The position numbers and the translations under genes are program-made. This document shows positions 30,616 to 39,471 of a stretch of DNA of 64,000 bases, one piece after another (position 1 is the first letter of the stretch; each line of letters starts with the position of its first letter). The notes under the pieces were generated by a model. The model did not search any database. It worked only from the letters and a program-made list of their open reading frames with translations, and had not been told where the DNA came from. The DNA lies in NCBI GenBank assembly GCA_044225505.1, contig JBGAIN010000014.1:1-64000 (forward strand). Direction: 5' to 3'. Source of the DNA: Limisphaerales bacterium. GTDB lineage: Bacteria > Verrucomicrobiota > Verrucomicrobiia > Limisphaerales > SIBE01.

Positions 30616-31581
30616 TCATAGGCGAACGAGATTCCGAGCCGCAGCAGCAATGCTGCGTGCCGTGGGCCGGTGCGCGGCCCAGAGATTCGGATGGTAGGGG
30701 ATCGGGGTGTCCTTTGCGTTCAGGCGCTGAGGAGGTGCATCCAACAAGGCAAATCCCTCACTGGCAACGCGCGCGATAACCTCGGCCGTCACGCCGCCCC
30801 ACGGCCAAGCCTCGCCCACGCAAAGCAATCGACCGGTTCGCGCCACAGAGGCCATCACCGTGTCTGTATCCAATGGTTTAACACTGCGTAGGTCGACAAC
30901 TTCCACTTCCATGCCTTCTCCCGCCAACTCCTCAGCCACCGCCAGTGCCTCGTGGACCATCGCACTGTAGGCAACGATGGTCAGATCACGCCCTTCGCGA
31001 GCAATACGTGCCTTTCCGACAGGCATGGCTTCCGTCGGCAATCGCTCTGCCTTGAGATGATAATAAAGGTATTTGTGCTCACAGAAGATGACGGGATCGT
31101 CGATAGCCACCGCCTCCAGCAGCATGCTATACGCATCCTCGACAGTGGCCGGCGTCATAACAACAAGCCCGGGGTAGTGGGCGTAAATCGCTTCCATGCT
31201 CTGGCTATGAAACGGGCCGCTCCCAGATGTCCCGCCGGAGGGCAAGCGGATAGTGATGGGACAGGGCACCTGTGTTCGCCAAAACAGTGTCGCTGCCTGG
31301 TTGACGATTTGATTAAACCCCACCGTAGAGAAGTCGGCGAATTGCATCTCAATAATCGGCCGCATCCCCTCTATGGCAGCCCCAATGGCCAAGCCCACCA
31401 TCGCATCCTCGCTAATCGGAGCGTCCAAGACCCGTCCTGGGAACTCTTGCGCGAGGTTCTTGGTTGCCTTAAAAGCACCGCCAAAAGCTCCCACGTCTTG
31501 CCCGTAAATAAAGACGCGCGGATCCTCCGCCAGCGCACGTGCTTGCGCCTCGCGGATAGCTTCCAAGTATGTCACGCTCAT
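30616..31581 (-). CDS. 2-oxoacid dehydrogenase E1 beta subunit
   Basis: GQDVG..GGAF, DAPISE, EMQFADF, FHSQS, VDLRSVKPLD. Confidence 0.93.
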   Translation of the reverse strand: MSVTYLEAIREAQARALAEDPRVFIYGQDVGAFGGAFKATKNLAQEFPGRVLDAPISEDAMVGLAIGAAIEGMRPIIEMQFADFSTVGFNQIVNQAATLFWRTQVPCPITIRLPSGGTSGSGPFHSQSMEAIYAHYPGLVVMTPATVEDAYSMLLEAVAIDDPVIFCEHKYLYYHLKAERLPTEAMPVGKARIAREGRDLTIVAYSAMVHEALAVAEELAGEGMEVEVVDLRSVKPLDTDTVMASVARTGRLLCVGEAWPWGGVTAEVIARVASEGFALLDAPPQRLNAKDTPIPYHPNLWAAHRPTARSIAAAARNLVRL

Positions 31582-31690
31582 GATTAATTGGCGGACCGCA
31601 TCGATTGCCCGCTGCCATTCGGACTGCGGATCCTACCTGTTCGGCTGCCTCCCGCAAACCGCAAATCCGTATCAAGTTCAGCTGCCACAG

Positions 31691-32584
31691 TTAAGACATC
31701 AAACCGTTATCGAAAAACGTTGGGTTTGCGGTTCGGTCCTTACGTTTCGCCCTTCCAGGTACTGGCTGTTTGGGGGGCGCCGCGTCGGATTGGGTGACCA
31801 TACGCGCGACGGCCACGTACTCCGGATCAATGTCTATGCCTATAAACTTTAAAACTCCACAGTTCCGCGCCGCGAGTGCTGAATGTCCTATTCCGACAAA
31901 CGGATCGAGGACGGTCAACGTCGTGCAATTCCCATGGATCCGGAGGCAATTCTCAGCGAGGGCAACCGGGAAAGTCGCCGGATGCGGCCGATCTTTGCTT
32001 CGGCTTAAGATTGTCTTGTAAGGAACGAACCATGTGTTGCCACGACAGCGAAGGTCTTTTCCTTTTGTATGCCCCCAACGCGCAATGTTCGACTTATCGG
32101 TATAGGCGACTCCCACCCCAAGTCGATCGAGGTTCGTCTCGCCTGCTTTTGTCAGGTGAAACACATACTCGTGGCAATCATTGACAAATCGCTGAGATCG
32201 GATGGGCTTGAAGTGACCCGCTGAGACCTGTTCGCCCGCCCGCGTTTCCACGGTAATGGATTTGATCCAGTGAAACGTATTCTGCAGCACGAACGAAGCG
32301 CTCAATTTTAGGATCAATTGATGAGGCAGCAGTGGGTTCGACGGACAAGCACCCAGGTTGAGGAAGAAAGAGCCTGAGTCTTTCAAGACCCGCTTGACTT
32401 CCCCTGCCCACTGGACTGACCACGCCAGATAATCCGATCGTTTTCGATCGTCCTGGTATTTCGAATATTGCACCCCAAGATTGTATGGGGGCGACGTAAC
32501 GACGACGTCAACGGACTGGTCGTTTAAATGCCGCATCTCCGTCAGACAATCGCCCACCGTCAATGTGATTTCAGTTTCGCCCAT
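31691..32584 (-). CDS. Site-specific DNA methyltransferase (N4-C/N6-A, beta-class motif order)
   Basis: Catalytic TSPPY precedes HPATFP and SAM-binding LDPFVGIG. Confidence 0.9.
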   Translation of the reverse strand: MGETEITLTVGDCLTEMRHLNDQSVDVVVTSPPYNLGVQYSKYQDDRKRSDYLAWSVQWAGEVKRVLKDSGSFFLNLGACPSNPLLPHQLILKLSASFVLQNTFHWIKSITVETRAGEQVSAGHFKPIRSQRFVNDCHEYVFHLTKAGETNLDRLGVGVAYTDKSNIARWGHTKGKDLRCRGNTWFVPYKTILSRSKDRPHPATFPVALAENCLRIHGNCTTLTVLDPFVGIGHSALAARNCGVLKFIGIDIDPEYVAVARMVTQSDAAPPKQPVPGRAKRKDRTANPTFFDNGLMS

Positions 32585-32712
32585 TGGACTTCGGGGAAGG
32601 GTCAACTTGAGTCCTTTCTCCGTCAACGCATTTCGAATGCGTTCAGCCGCAAGTTTGAACGTGCAATTCAAGAGTAAACGGCGAGCCGAGCCCAGGATTT
32701 CTCCACCGTGAT

Positions 32713-32741
32713 TCGTCACCGTATTGTCACCTCTCCTTCAT
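32713..32741 (+). promoter_or_regulatory. Pho-box/OmpR-like 11-bp-phased direct repeats
   Basis: TCGTCAC (32713), TTGTCAC (32724), CCTTCAT (32735), similar to the CTGTCAT half-site. Confidence 0.4.
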
Positions 32742-32817
32742 TGCCGTGACATACGGCACGGCTTGGATTCTAAAGGCTCGCATCAGATAACGCGGGCGCA
32801 ATACCACACCATCGAAC

Positions 32818-34479
32818 ATGAAATTAAATATCCGAAGTGGCCTGGGGGCGCTTGCCGTGGCGTCGACTCTGGCCTCGGCAATGCCCGGTCTTGGCGGCAC
32901 GGTCCAAGTCTCAGGAAATCTGACCGGAACAGTAACTTGGCAGCACACAAATGAATACGTGCTCAATGGTTTTGTCTACGCCTTGAGCAATGCGGTTCTG
33001 AACATTGAACCGGGAACGGTGATCCGTGGCAAAGCGGGCACCGGTCTGGAATCCAGCGCTCTCTTTATCACTCGCGGCGCCAAAATCTTCGCCAACGGCA
33101 CCGCCCATAGTCCGATCATCTTTACCGCGGAGGCCGATGACCTGGACGATCCCAACGATCTCCCCTTGATCACCCGCGGGCTTTGGGGTGGAGTTGTTAT
33201 CTTTGGGGAAAGCGTTCTCAACACGTCCAGCGATGTGACCGGCAACGCCGCCTCTCCCAAATACGACGTCTTTGAAGGTCTGCCGGACACTCAGGTCGAC
33301 GGCCAATTCATCAACCGCTTTGGCGGGAATAACGACGACGATAACTCCGGGGTCTTCCGCTACGTCTCCATCCGCTATCCTGGCACCGTCATCCTCCCCA
33401 ATAAAGAGATCAACGGTCTTTCCTTGGGAGCAGTCGGCCGCGGCACCACCATTGAAAACGTGGAAGTCTACGGAGCAGCCGATGATTCCGTCGAGTTCTT
33501 CGGCGGCACTGTCAATACCAAGTATTTGCTCAGCGTCTGGAGCGATGACGACAACTTCGACATCGACCAAGGCTATCGCGGCAAAAACCAATTCTGGCTC
33601 GCTATCCAATCCCCGGACAAGAAAGACAATGGCGGTGAATGGAACGGCGAACCCAACGGCTTGGCCACGGGTGCCACTCCCATTGCTAACTTCGAAATCT
33701 ACAACGCCACCTGGATCGGCGCGGGTATCCAATCCAGCGGCAACCGTGGCTTGCAGATTCGTGAATACGCCGCTCCCAAAGTCTTCAACAGTATCGTGAC
33801 CGACTTTGCCGGTCCGGCGCTGCGCATTGACGTGCGCGCTGCCACCCACTTCACCAATGGTGTGGCTCAGATCAAAGACAACATCTTCTGGAACTTCGGC
33901 ACCAACGGGGTGGCCGTCCCCTTGGCCGAGCAAGGGACCACGGACACTTCTGCCTTCGGCGCCACCTTGTTCAGTGATGCGAGCTTTGACAACATCGTCG
34001 TGGATCCCATGTTGCGAGGCATTACCCGCACCAATGAACCGGCCTTCGGCTTCGATCCTCGCCCTCAACCAGGCAGCCCCGCGTTAACCAGCACACGCAC
34101 TGCTCCGAATGACGGCTTCTACACCCCGGTCGCCTATAAAGGCGCGTTTGGTGCCGTCAACTGGGCTGCGGACTGGACAGCGGCCGCTGAGCTCGGGCTC
34201 CTCACGCCGAGCGGCGCGGGCACGCCGATTTCTGGTTCTACGAACCAACCCCCGGTCGGCACAGCTCCACAGTTGAGCGGGCAGATTACTGGCGGGTCGT
34301 TGGAGATCACCTTCACCGGTGAAACAGGCCACTCCTATCAAGTACAGTCCTCGACCGACATTCAGAACGGCCCGTGGGTCAACGAAGGGACGCCTCTGGT
34401 CGGAACGGGTGCCGCGCTAAAATACACTGCGTTGCCACAGGGCGCGCAGAAGTTCTTCCGAGTCGTAGTCCAGCCCTAA
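32818..34479 (+). CDS. Secreted beta-helix-like surface protein
   Basis: Signal peptide; LNIEPGT, PIIFT, GLWGGVVIFG, DDNSG..YVSIRY, EINGLSLG.VG.GT, DDSVEFFGG; C-terminal YQVQSS..W..KFFRV domain; strongly C-ending codons. Confidence 0.8.
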   Translation: MKLNIRSGLGALAVASTLASAMPGLGGTVQVSGNLTGTVTWQHTNEYVLNGFVYALSNAVLNIEPGTVIRGKAGTGLESSALFITRGAKIFANGTAHSPIIFTAEADDLDDPNDLPLITRGLWGGVVIFGESVLNTSSDVTGNAASPKYDVFEGLPDTQVDGQFINRFGGNNDDDNSGVFRYVSIRYPGTVILPNKEINGLSLGAVGRGTTIENVEVYGAADDSVEFFGGTVNTKYLLSVWSDDDNFDIDQGYRGKNQFWLAIQSPDKKDNGGEWNGEPNGLATGATPIANFEIYNATWIGAGIQSSGNRGLQIREYAAPKVFNSIVTDFAGPALRIDVRAATHFTNGVAQIKDNIFWNFGTNGVAVPLAEQGTTDTSAFGATLFSDASFDNIVVDPMLRGITRTNEPAFGFDPRPQPGSPALTSTRTAPNDGFYTPVAYKGAFGAVNWAADWTAAAELGLLTPSGAGTPISGSTNQPPVGTAPQLSGQITGGSLEITFTGETGHSYQVQSSTDIQNGPWVNEGTPLVGTGAALKYTALPQGAQKFFRVVVQP

Positions 34480-34508
34480 AGGCGACCGGTCAGGATATCC
34501 GCTGTCAC

Positions 34509-34548
34509 AAGCGGGAGAATCGAAAGGTTCTCCCGCTTTCGGCTTTTT
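34509..34548 (+). terminator. Rho-independent terminator
   Basis: AAGCGGGAGAATC-GAAA-GGTTCTCCCGCTT followed by a T-rich tail. Confidence 0.85.
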
Positions 34549-34620
34549 GGATTGCCGTCCGTTCCGCCCTGGAGCCGAGCTGGAGTGAGGACTCGAGGCA
34601 CCATCCGATCTCTTAACTTA

Positions 34621-34656
34621 AACAAAAAACGGAACCCGTTTCCACGAGTTCCGTTT
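34621..34656 (-). terminator. Rho-independent terminator
   Basis: Minus strand reads AAACGGAACTCGT-GGAA-ACGGGTTCCGTTT-TTTGTT, just after the 34677 stop. Confidence 0.8.
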
Positions 34657-34676
34657 CTTGCTTGCGTTGAGATTGT

Positions 34677-35075
34677 TTATTCAAACCGTGGACACACCTC
34701 AATACGATCACCGGCGTTGATCGTCAGGTTGTCACCTACTGCCCATACTTCGTCGTTTAGGAGGAGTTTAAAGGTGACTTGATCCTGAATTGGGCCGACC
34801 GACCAGGCCCATGTGCCAGGCTCCAGGCAGGTCAATGAGACCCCTTTATCCCAACTCAATCCTTGACCTTGACCGCGAACAAACAGGGCGTTGCCAAAGC
34901 CAACGTCGGCTCGGACCAGAACCGACGCGCCTGGAGTCTGGCTGACATCGAGTGCGCCTTTGGAATCGGCAGCAGTTAGTGCTGACCGACTGCGGTTCGT
35001 CTTGCTCGTGGGCGTTTTCCGCGAAACCCGTCGAGCCACGGGCTCGGTTTTGCACGGATGAGTTGACGTTTTCAC
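34677..35075 (-). CDS. Small protein: basic N-tail plus CBM20-like domain
   Basis: DVGFGNALFVRGQG.GLSWDKG, FKLLLND..W..G.N. Confidence 0.7.
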   Translation of the reverse strand: MKTSTHPCKTEPVARRVSRKTPTSKTNRSRSALTAADSKGALDVSQTPGASVLVRADVGFGNALFVRGQGQGLSWDKGVSLTCLEPGTWAWSVGPIQDQVTFKLLLNDEVWAVGDNLTINAGDRIEVCPRFE

Positions 35076-35281
35076 GATTTTTGAGCTTTGAGAGGTTTCT
35101 TTCGCTGGCGAGCGTTATCCTGGAGTGCGACCGCGTTGAAAAGCTCCAGATCATGCCAAAAGGCGTGGTTGACCGCTCGTGCTTCGTCGAGAAACACCAT
35201 GGCCTTCTTGGGGTCATTGGTCCAAGAGCTGCGCCCCGTCCAGTAGAGTGTCGCTTTGGGATGTCGAATGACTACTTTCAT
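35072..35281 (-). CDS. Small hypothetical protein
   Basis: 69 aa (MKVVIRHPKATLYW..WTND..A..F); GTGA overlap with the next gene. Confidence 0.55.
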   Translation of the reverse strand: MKVVIRHPKATLYWTGRSSWTNDPKKAMVFLDEARAVNHAFWHDLELFNAVALQDNARQRKKPLKAQKS

Positions 35282-35409
35282 AGCGTGACGACCTTCGCAC
35301 AGCGACCTTGTGGAATCAAAGGCGCCCAAGTTAAAACCAGGTGACAAATTGTCACCTTCCCACCCCCTCGCCCCCCTTTTGTCACGGAAGCAGCTCTTCG
35401 GACGAATTC

Positions 35410-36822
35410 CTACCAGGGCAGGCTGAATGTCTTGACGAAACTGTAGGCTTTGATGGCTTCGAGAACGCCTTCTTTGACCCCCAGTCCGCTATCTTTAATT
35501 CCACCAAACGGACTATTCTCAGTCCGGAAGCCAGGAATCTCGTTGATGTTCACGGTGCCACAGCGCAACTTTCGGACGGCTTGGAGAGCGCTCTGCAAAC
35601 TGTCGGTTACCACCCCAGAGCTCAAGCCGTAGTCGGTTGAATTGGCCAAGGTGATCGCATCTTCCAGATTTCGCACCGTCATGATCGGCGCGAGCGGCCC
35701 GAAGCTCTCGCAGACGACCAACCGGGAGTCACGCGGCACGTCCGCCACAACGGTTGGTTTAAAAAGGGCTCCCTGGCATTCGCCACCCCACAAGACTTTC
35801 CCGCCCATGACCACGGCCTCTTCCAAAACCGTTTCCAGATAAGAAGCGGCAGCGCTGTCGATGACCGTCCCGACCCGAGTGGCTTCGTCGAACGGATCAC
35901 CGCACGTATACTCTTTGGCCTTTTCAACCAAACGGGCCGTGAATTCAGGCGCAATCTTCTCTTCGACCAGGATCCGTTTCACCGCGGTGCAGCGCTGGCC
36001 CGAATTGCGGAAGCTGCCTTCGGCGGCCAACGTGACGGCCAAGTCGAGATTCGCGTCGTTGAGGACAATCAACGGATCATTACCGCCCAGTTCCAGCACT
36101 AGCTTCTTGTATCCGGCGGTGACGGAGATGAGCTTGCCGACCGCCACGCTGCCGGTGAATGCCAGCACTTCGATGTCTTCGTGCTTTACCAAGGGTTGGG
36201 CCACTTCGCTTGTAGGTCCCAAGAGCACACTGAGCATAGGGCCTGGCAGGCCTGCCGCATAGAGCAGGTCCGCAAAGAGCAGCGCGGAGAGTGGAGTTTT
36301 CTCCGATGGCTTCAGCACGAGCGGTGTGCCAGCCGCGATGGCGGGTGCCACCTTATGAGTGACCTGGTTGAGCGGATGATTAAACGGTGTGATCGCTGCC
36401 GCGCAACGCAAGGGCTCACGCACGGTGAAGATCTTGCGCGCTTTTCCTTGGGGCGACACGTCTGCCGAGAAGATCTGACCGTCATCCTGCAATGCCGCAT
36501 GCGACGCGAAGCGAAGGACATCTAGCGCGCGTCCGACTTCGTAGCGGGCTTCACGAAGCGCCAACCCCGCTTCGCTCGTAATGACGCGGGCAAACTCCTC
36601 TTTTCGGCTCTCCAGGGCCGCGCGGGTACGTTCCAAGATTTCGGAACGTTGGAAACGAGTGAGCGTTCCGGTGAATTCCCGAGCTGTTTGCACAGCGGCA
36701 TTGACATCCTCCTGCGTCGCCGTCACGACGGTGCCCACCTCTTTCCCGTGGTAGGGATTGTGGATGCGCAATAAGCCGCTGCCTCGGACCGGTTTGCCAC
36801 CAACGAGACTGGAGAGATTCAT
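35410..36822 (-). CDS. phnY: Phosphonoacetaldehyde dehydrogenase
   Basis: ALDH motifs ITPFNHP, FTGS, LELGGND, NSGQRCTA, ESFGP; ATGA overlap with phnA. Confidence 0.88.
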   Translation of the reverse strand: MNLSSLVGGKPVRGSGLLRIHNPYHGKEVGTVVTATQEDVNAAVQTAREFTGTLTRFQRSEILERTRAALESRKEEFARVITSEAGLALREARYEVGRALDVLRFASHAALQDDGQIFSADVSPQGKARKIFTVREPLRCAAAITPFNHPLNQVTHKVAPAIAAGTPLVLKPSEKTPLSALLFADLLYAAGLPGPMLSVLLGPTSEVAQPLVKHEDIEVLAFTGSVAVGKLISVTAGYKKLVLELGGNDPLIVLNDANLDLAVTLAAEGSFRNSGQRCTAVKRILVEEKIAPEFTARLVEKAKEYTCGDPFDEATRVGTVIDSAAASYLETVLEEAVVMGGKVLWGGECQGALFKPTVVADVPRDSRLVVCESFGPLAPIMTVRNLEDAITLANSTDYGLSSGVVTDSLQSALQAVRKLRCGTVNINEIPGFRTENSPFGGIKDSGLGVKEGVLEAIKAYSFVKTFSLPW

Positions 36823-38060
36823 ACAAACGTTCCGTTGCAGACGAAATCGAACAAGTCAAAGTTACGAGGATCACCTTGTGCCAGGTTCTTGTATTCGGGC
36901 TTGAGAGGCGCACTTAGGAGGAAGGGCACCATCTCTTCATAGCGCCCGCCGTGAGAGCGGAGGCCCTCTTTCAAAACGGAGAGATCATGCCATTTGGGGG
37001 TGCGCCCAATCACCGCGTCCCGCCCGGAACAGACCACCAAGTCGCCCATGCGGTCCAGCGGCAACTCCAATAACAACGCGGCAGTCTGTTGATCGAGCAC
37101 CTCGGTGATCCCGGGCAAACTTCGGATAAAGGTAATGACTTGTCCGGGGTCCATAATCCACTTGGGCGGCAGATGGACCTGGGCGAAGGAACCCAAGGCG
37201 CCGTGATGGACCACATAGGGGTCTGTGATCGGCAGAATCACTCGGAAGCCCGGGCCAAACGCTTGCTCGAGTTCTGATTCGAGAAAGACAGCGTTCGGCG
37301 ACCCGTCGCGCTTCTGCTTGGCGTTCATGCCATGGTCCGCGGTGATTCCGACCAGCGCGTTCAGGGCGAGCAAGCGTCCGATCTCGCGATCGATCGCCTC
37401 GTAAAACGCCAGCGATTCCGGCGCTTCCGGAGCGAACTTGTGTTGCATGTAGTCCGTAGTGCTCAAATAGAGGAAATCGGCCCGGCCTGCTTCGATGAGC
37501 TTGACCCCGGCCTGCAGCACGTAAAGGGAAGCTTCGGCGCTGTAAATGGCCGGAGCCGGGCCCACAAGAGCTTCCACGCCGTCGATGCCGTGAACTTCCC
37601 GCGTCGCTTGCGCACACTTTTCGGAAGAGAAAGCGATGCCTCCTTCCGAGATCAGCCCGGCCGCAAAAATATCGCGGAGCTTGTCCTTGGCCGTCACGAC
37701 CGCCACCTTGCGCCCGGCGCGCTGCGCCGCGGGGAACACGGTCTCCGCACGCAGGAAGCGCGAAGAGTTGGTCATGACCTCTTCTTTCGCCACCGTGTCG
37801 TAGAAGTAATTCCCACCAATGCCGTGAACGCGGGGCGGCACACCAGTGACGATAGACGCGTTGTTCACGTTGGTGAAGCTGGGCATTTGGCCGCGGGCCA
37901 TGCCGCGATATCCAGCCACGCTCAACCGCTGGAGATTCGGCATCCGGCCGCGCGCGAGGGTAGCGTCCAGGTACTCATCAGCGGAGCCGTCCAAACAAAT
38001 GGCAACCACCGGCCGACCGGGAGGATTATAAGTGCGTCCGTTAACGGTAAAACTGCTCAT
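36819..38060 (-). CDS. phnA: Phosphonoacetate hydrolase
   Basis: ICLDG, MPSFTNVNN, TAKDKLR, YLSTTDYMQHK, TADHGM, DPYVVHHGALG, LRSHGG. Confidence 0.93.
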   Translation of the reverse strand: MSSFTVNGRTYNPPGRPVVAICLDGSADEYLDATLARGRMPNLQRLSVAGYRGMARGQMPSFTNVNNASIVTGVPPRVHGIGGNYFYDTVAKEEVMTNSSRFLRAETVFPAAQRAGRKVAVVTAKDKLRDIFAAGLISEGGIAFSSEKCAQATREVHGIDGVEALVGPAPAIYSAEASLYVLQAGVKLIEAGRADFLYLSTTDYMQHKFAPEAPESLAFYEAIDREIGRLLALNALVGITADHGMNAKQKRDGSPNAVFLESELEQAFGPGFRVILPITDPYVVHHGALGSFAQVHLPPKWIMDPGQVITFIRSLPGITEVLDQQTAALLLELPLDRMGDLVVCSGRDAVIGRTPKWHDLSVLKEGLRSHGGRYEEMVPFLLSAPLKPEYKNLAQGDPRNFDLFDFVCNGTFV

Positions 38061-38175
38061 GATACGTCGTGTCGTGGCCAAGGATTTCTCTAAACCTGCT
38101 GCGAAGGACATCACAGCCCAGACAAAAGTTGAAGGAAGAAATGATGCCCCAGTTCAATTTCTTCCGGATTGGCAA

Positions 38176-39471
38176 TCACGCCGCCGCCGGTTGCGCCTCT
38201 TCCTGCACGTCCGGATCAGCGCGTGTATATAGGAACAGGCTTAGGATCGCCGATAATGCCGCCAGTCCAGCCAAACAGCTGAACCCCAACCGATATCCCC
38301 CCACGTCGAGGATTTTTCCAAATTGTTGGCCGGCGAGAATCGCCGCTAGATACCCGACGCCATCAACCATCCCTGCCACCGTCGCCACATACTCTTTCCC
38401 TCGAATTTCCACGGACAGAACTCCTGCGAGCAAGCTATACGGTCCATACACCAGAAAACCGATCGCGCCGACCGCGGCCATGCCCAGCCATGGGCTCCGC
38501 GCTCCGAGCGTTGGCAGCGCCATCACGATCACAGCCAGCAAACTCAGAATCCCGCACACCAGCGCCATCCGCGCCCGTTTGCTAATCCGACCGAAAACCC
38601 AGCCCAAGGAGAGAATGCCGGCCGCTCCCAACGCGTCAAAGGGCGTCGAGAGAAACGCCGCCACCCGGCTCGACATGGCCGCACCGGCCGAGGTTTGAAA
38701 GAAATCCACCGTCCACGTATTAAAGGTTTCACGCAGCAGCGTCAGGGTAAAGCTCAGCGCGCAGACAATCCAGAAACGCCGAATCGTTAACAACTGCGTC
38801 ACATGACGGAACTGAAACCCGGTCGAGTTCCGGCGGACCTCTCCTTCCGCGCTTCGACTGGCTCGGGGCAGGATCGCCCAACACCCGATCAGAATGAGCA
38901 GCAGGACGAATGCAGGCCCGCCCATGACCCAACGCCAACTATTGCCGCTCCAATCGGCGATGGCTCCCGCTAACAAGGTGGCGCAAATCCCGCCGAAGAC
39001 AAAGCCGAGCGACAACACTCCCATTGCCAGCGGCATGGAAGTCGCCGGAAACCAGTCTGGGACCATCTTCACCATGCCTCCCCAACCAGCCGACCCGGCC
39101 AGGCGATTCAAACTGTAAACGAGCGTTAGCAATGGCAACGAATTGACCATCCCACCCGCCGCCCCGAAACAAGCGACTATCAATAGCGACGCCAAGAACG
39201 CCGCGCGCCCCCCGAAACGGTCAATCCAAGGTCCAAACAGGAACTTGCCGCACATGTAGGCCAGCGTGCTGTAGCTGGCCACCATCCCGATCTGCTCTTT
39301 CGTCAGGCCAAAGGCGGTGCGGATGAGTGGATTCGCTACCGAGAAGTTCTTGCGGCATAGATAAATGCCAATATAGCCAATCACGAGCGTAGCCAAGTAA
39401 AGCCACGACCGCACCGGAACGCCGCGGTCACCCGTCGCCGACGTTCGCTTCAATTCGGGCGTCGTTGTCAT
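38176..39471 (-). CDS. MFS transporter, GlpT/UhpC organophosphate-antiporter-like
   Basis: YLCRKNFSVA, YMCGKF..G..DRFGGR, about 12 TM helices. Confidence 0.85.
   Translation of the reverse strand: MTTTPELKRTSATGDRGVPVRSWLYLATLVIGYIGIYLCRKNFSVANPLIRTAFGLTKEQIGMVASYSTLAYMCGKFLFGPWIDRFGGRAAFLASLLIVACFGAAGGMVNSLPLLTLVYSLNRLAGSAGWGGMVKMVPDWFPATSMPLAMGVLSLGFVFGGICATLLAGAIADWSGNSWRWVMGGPAFVLLLILIGCWAILPRASRSAEGEVRRNSTGFQFRHVTQLLTIRRFWIVCALSFTLTLLRETFNTWTVDFFQTSAGAAMSSRVAAFLSTPFDALGAAGILSLGWVFGRISKRARMALVCGILSLLAVIVMALPTLGARSPWLGMAAVGAIGFLVYGPYSLLAGVLSVEIRGKEYVATVAGMVDGVGYLAAILAGQQFGKILDVGGYRLGFSCLAGLAALSAILSLFLYTRADPDVQEEAQPAAA

Noticed and set aside
31691..32584. Restriction-modification island or prophage
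   Set aside because: No nuclease, integrase, att sites or phage genes nearby.
32911..34068. 385-aa antisense ORF
   Set aside because: Shadow of the codon-biased 32818 gene; no recognisable motifs.
37332..38093. 253-aa ORF opposite phnA, and similar ORFs opposite pdxJ, E1beta, MscS and the ankyrin gene
   Set aside because: Typical GC-rich antisense shadows.
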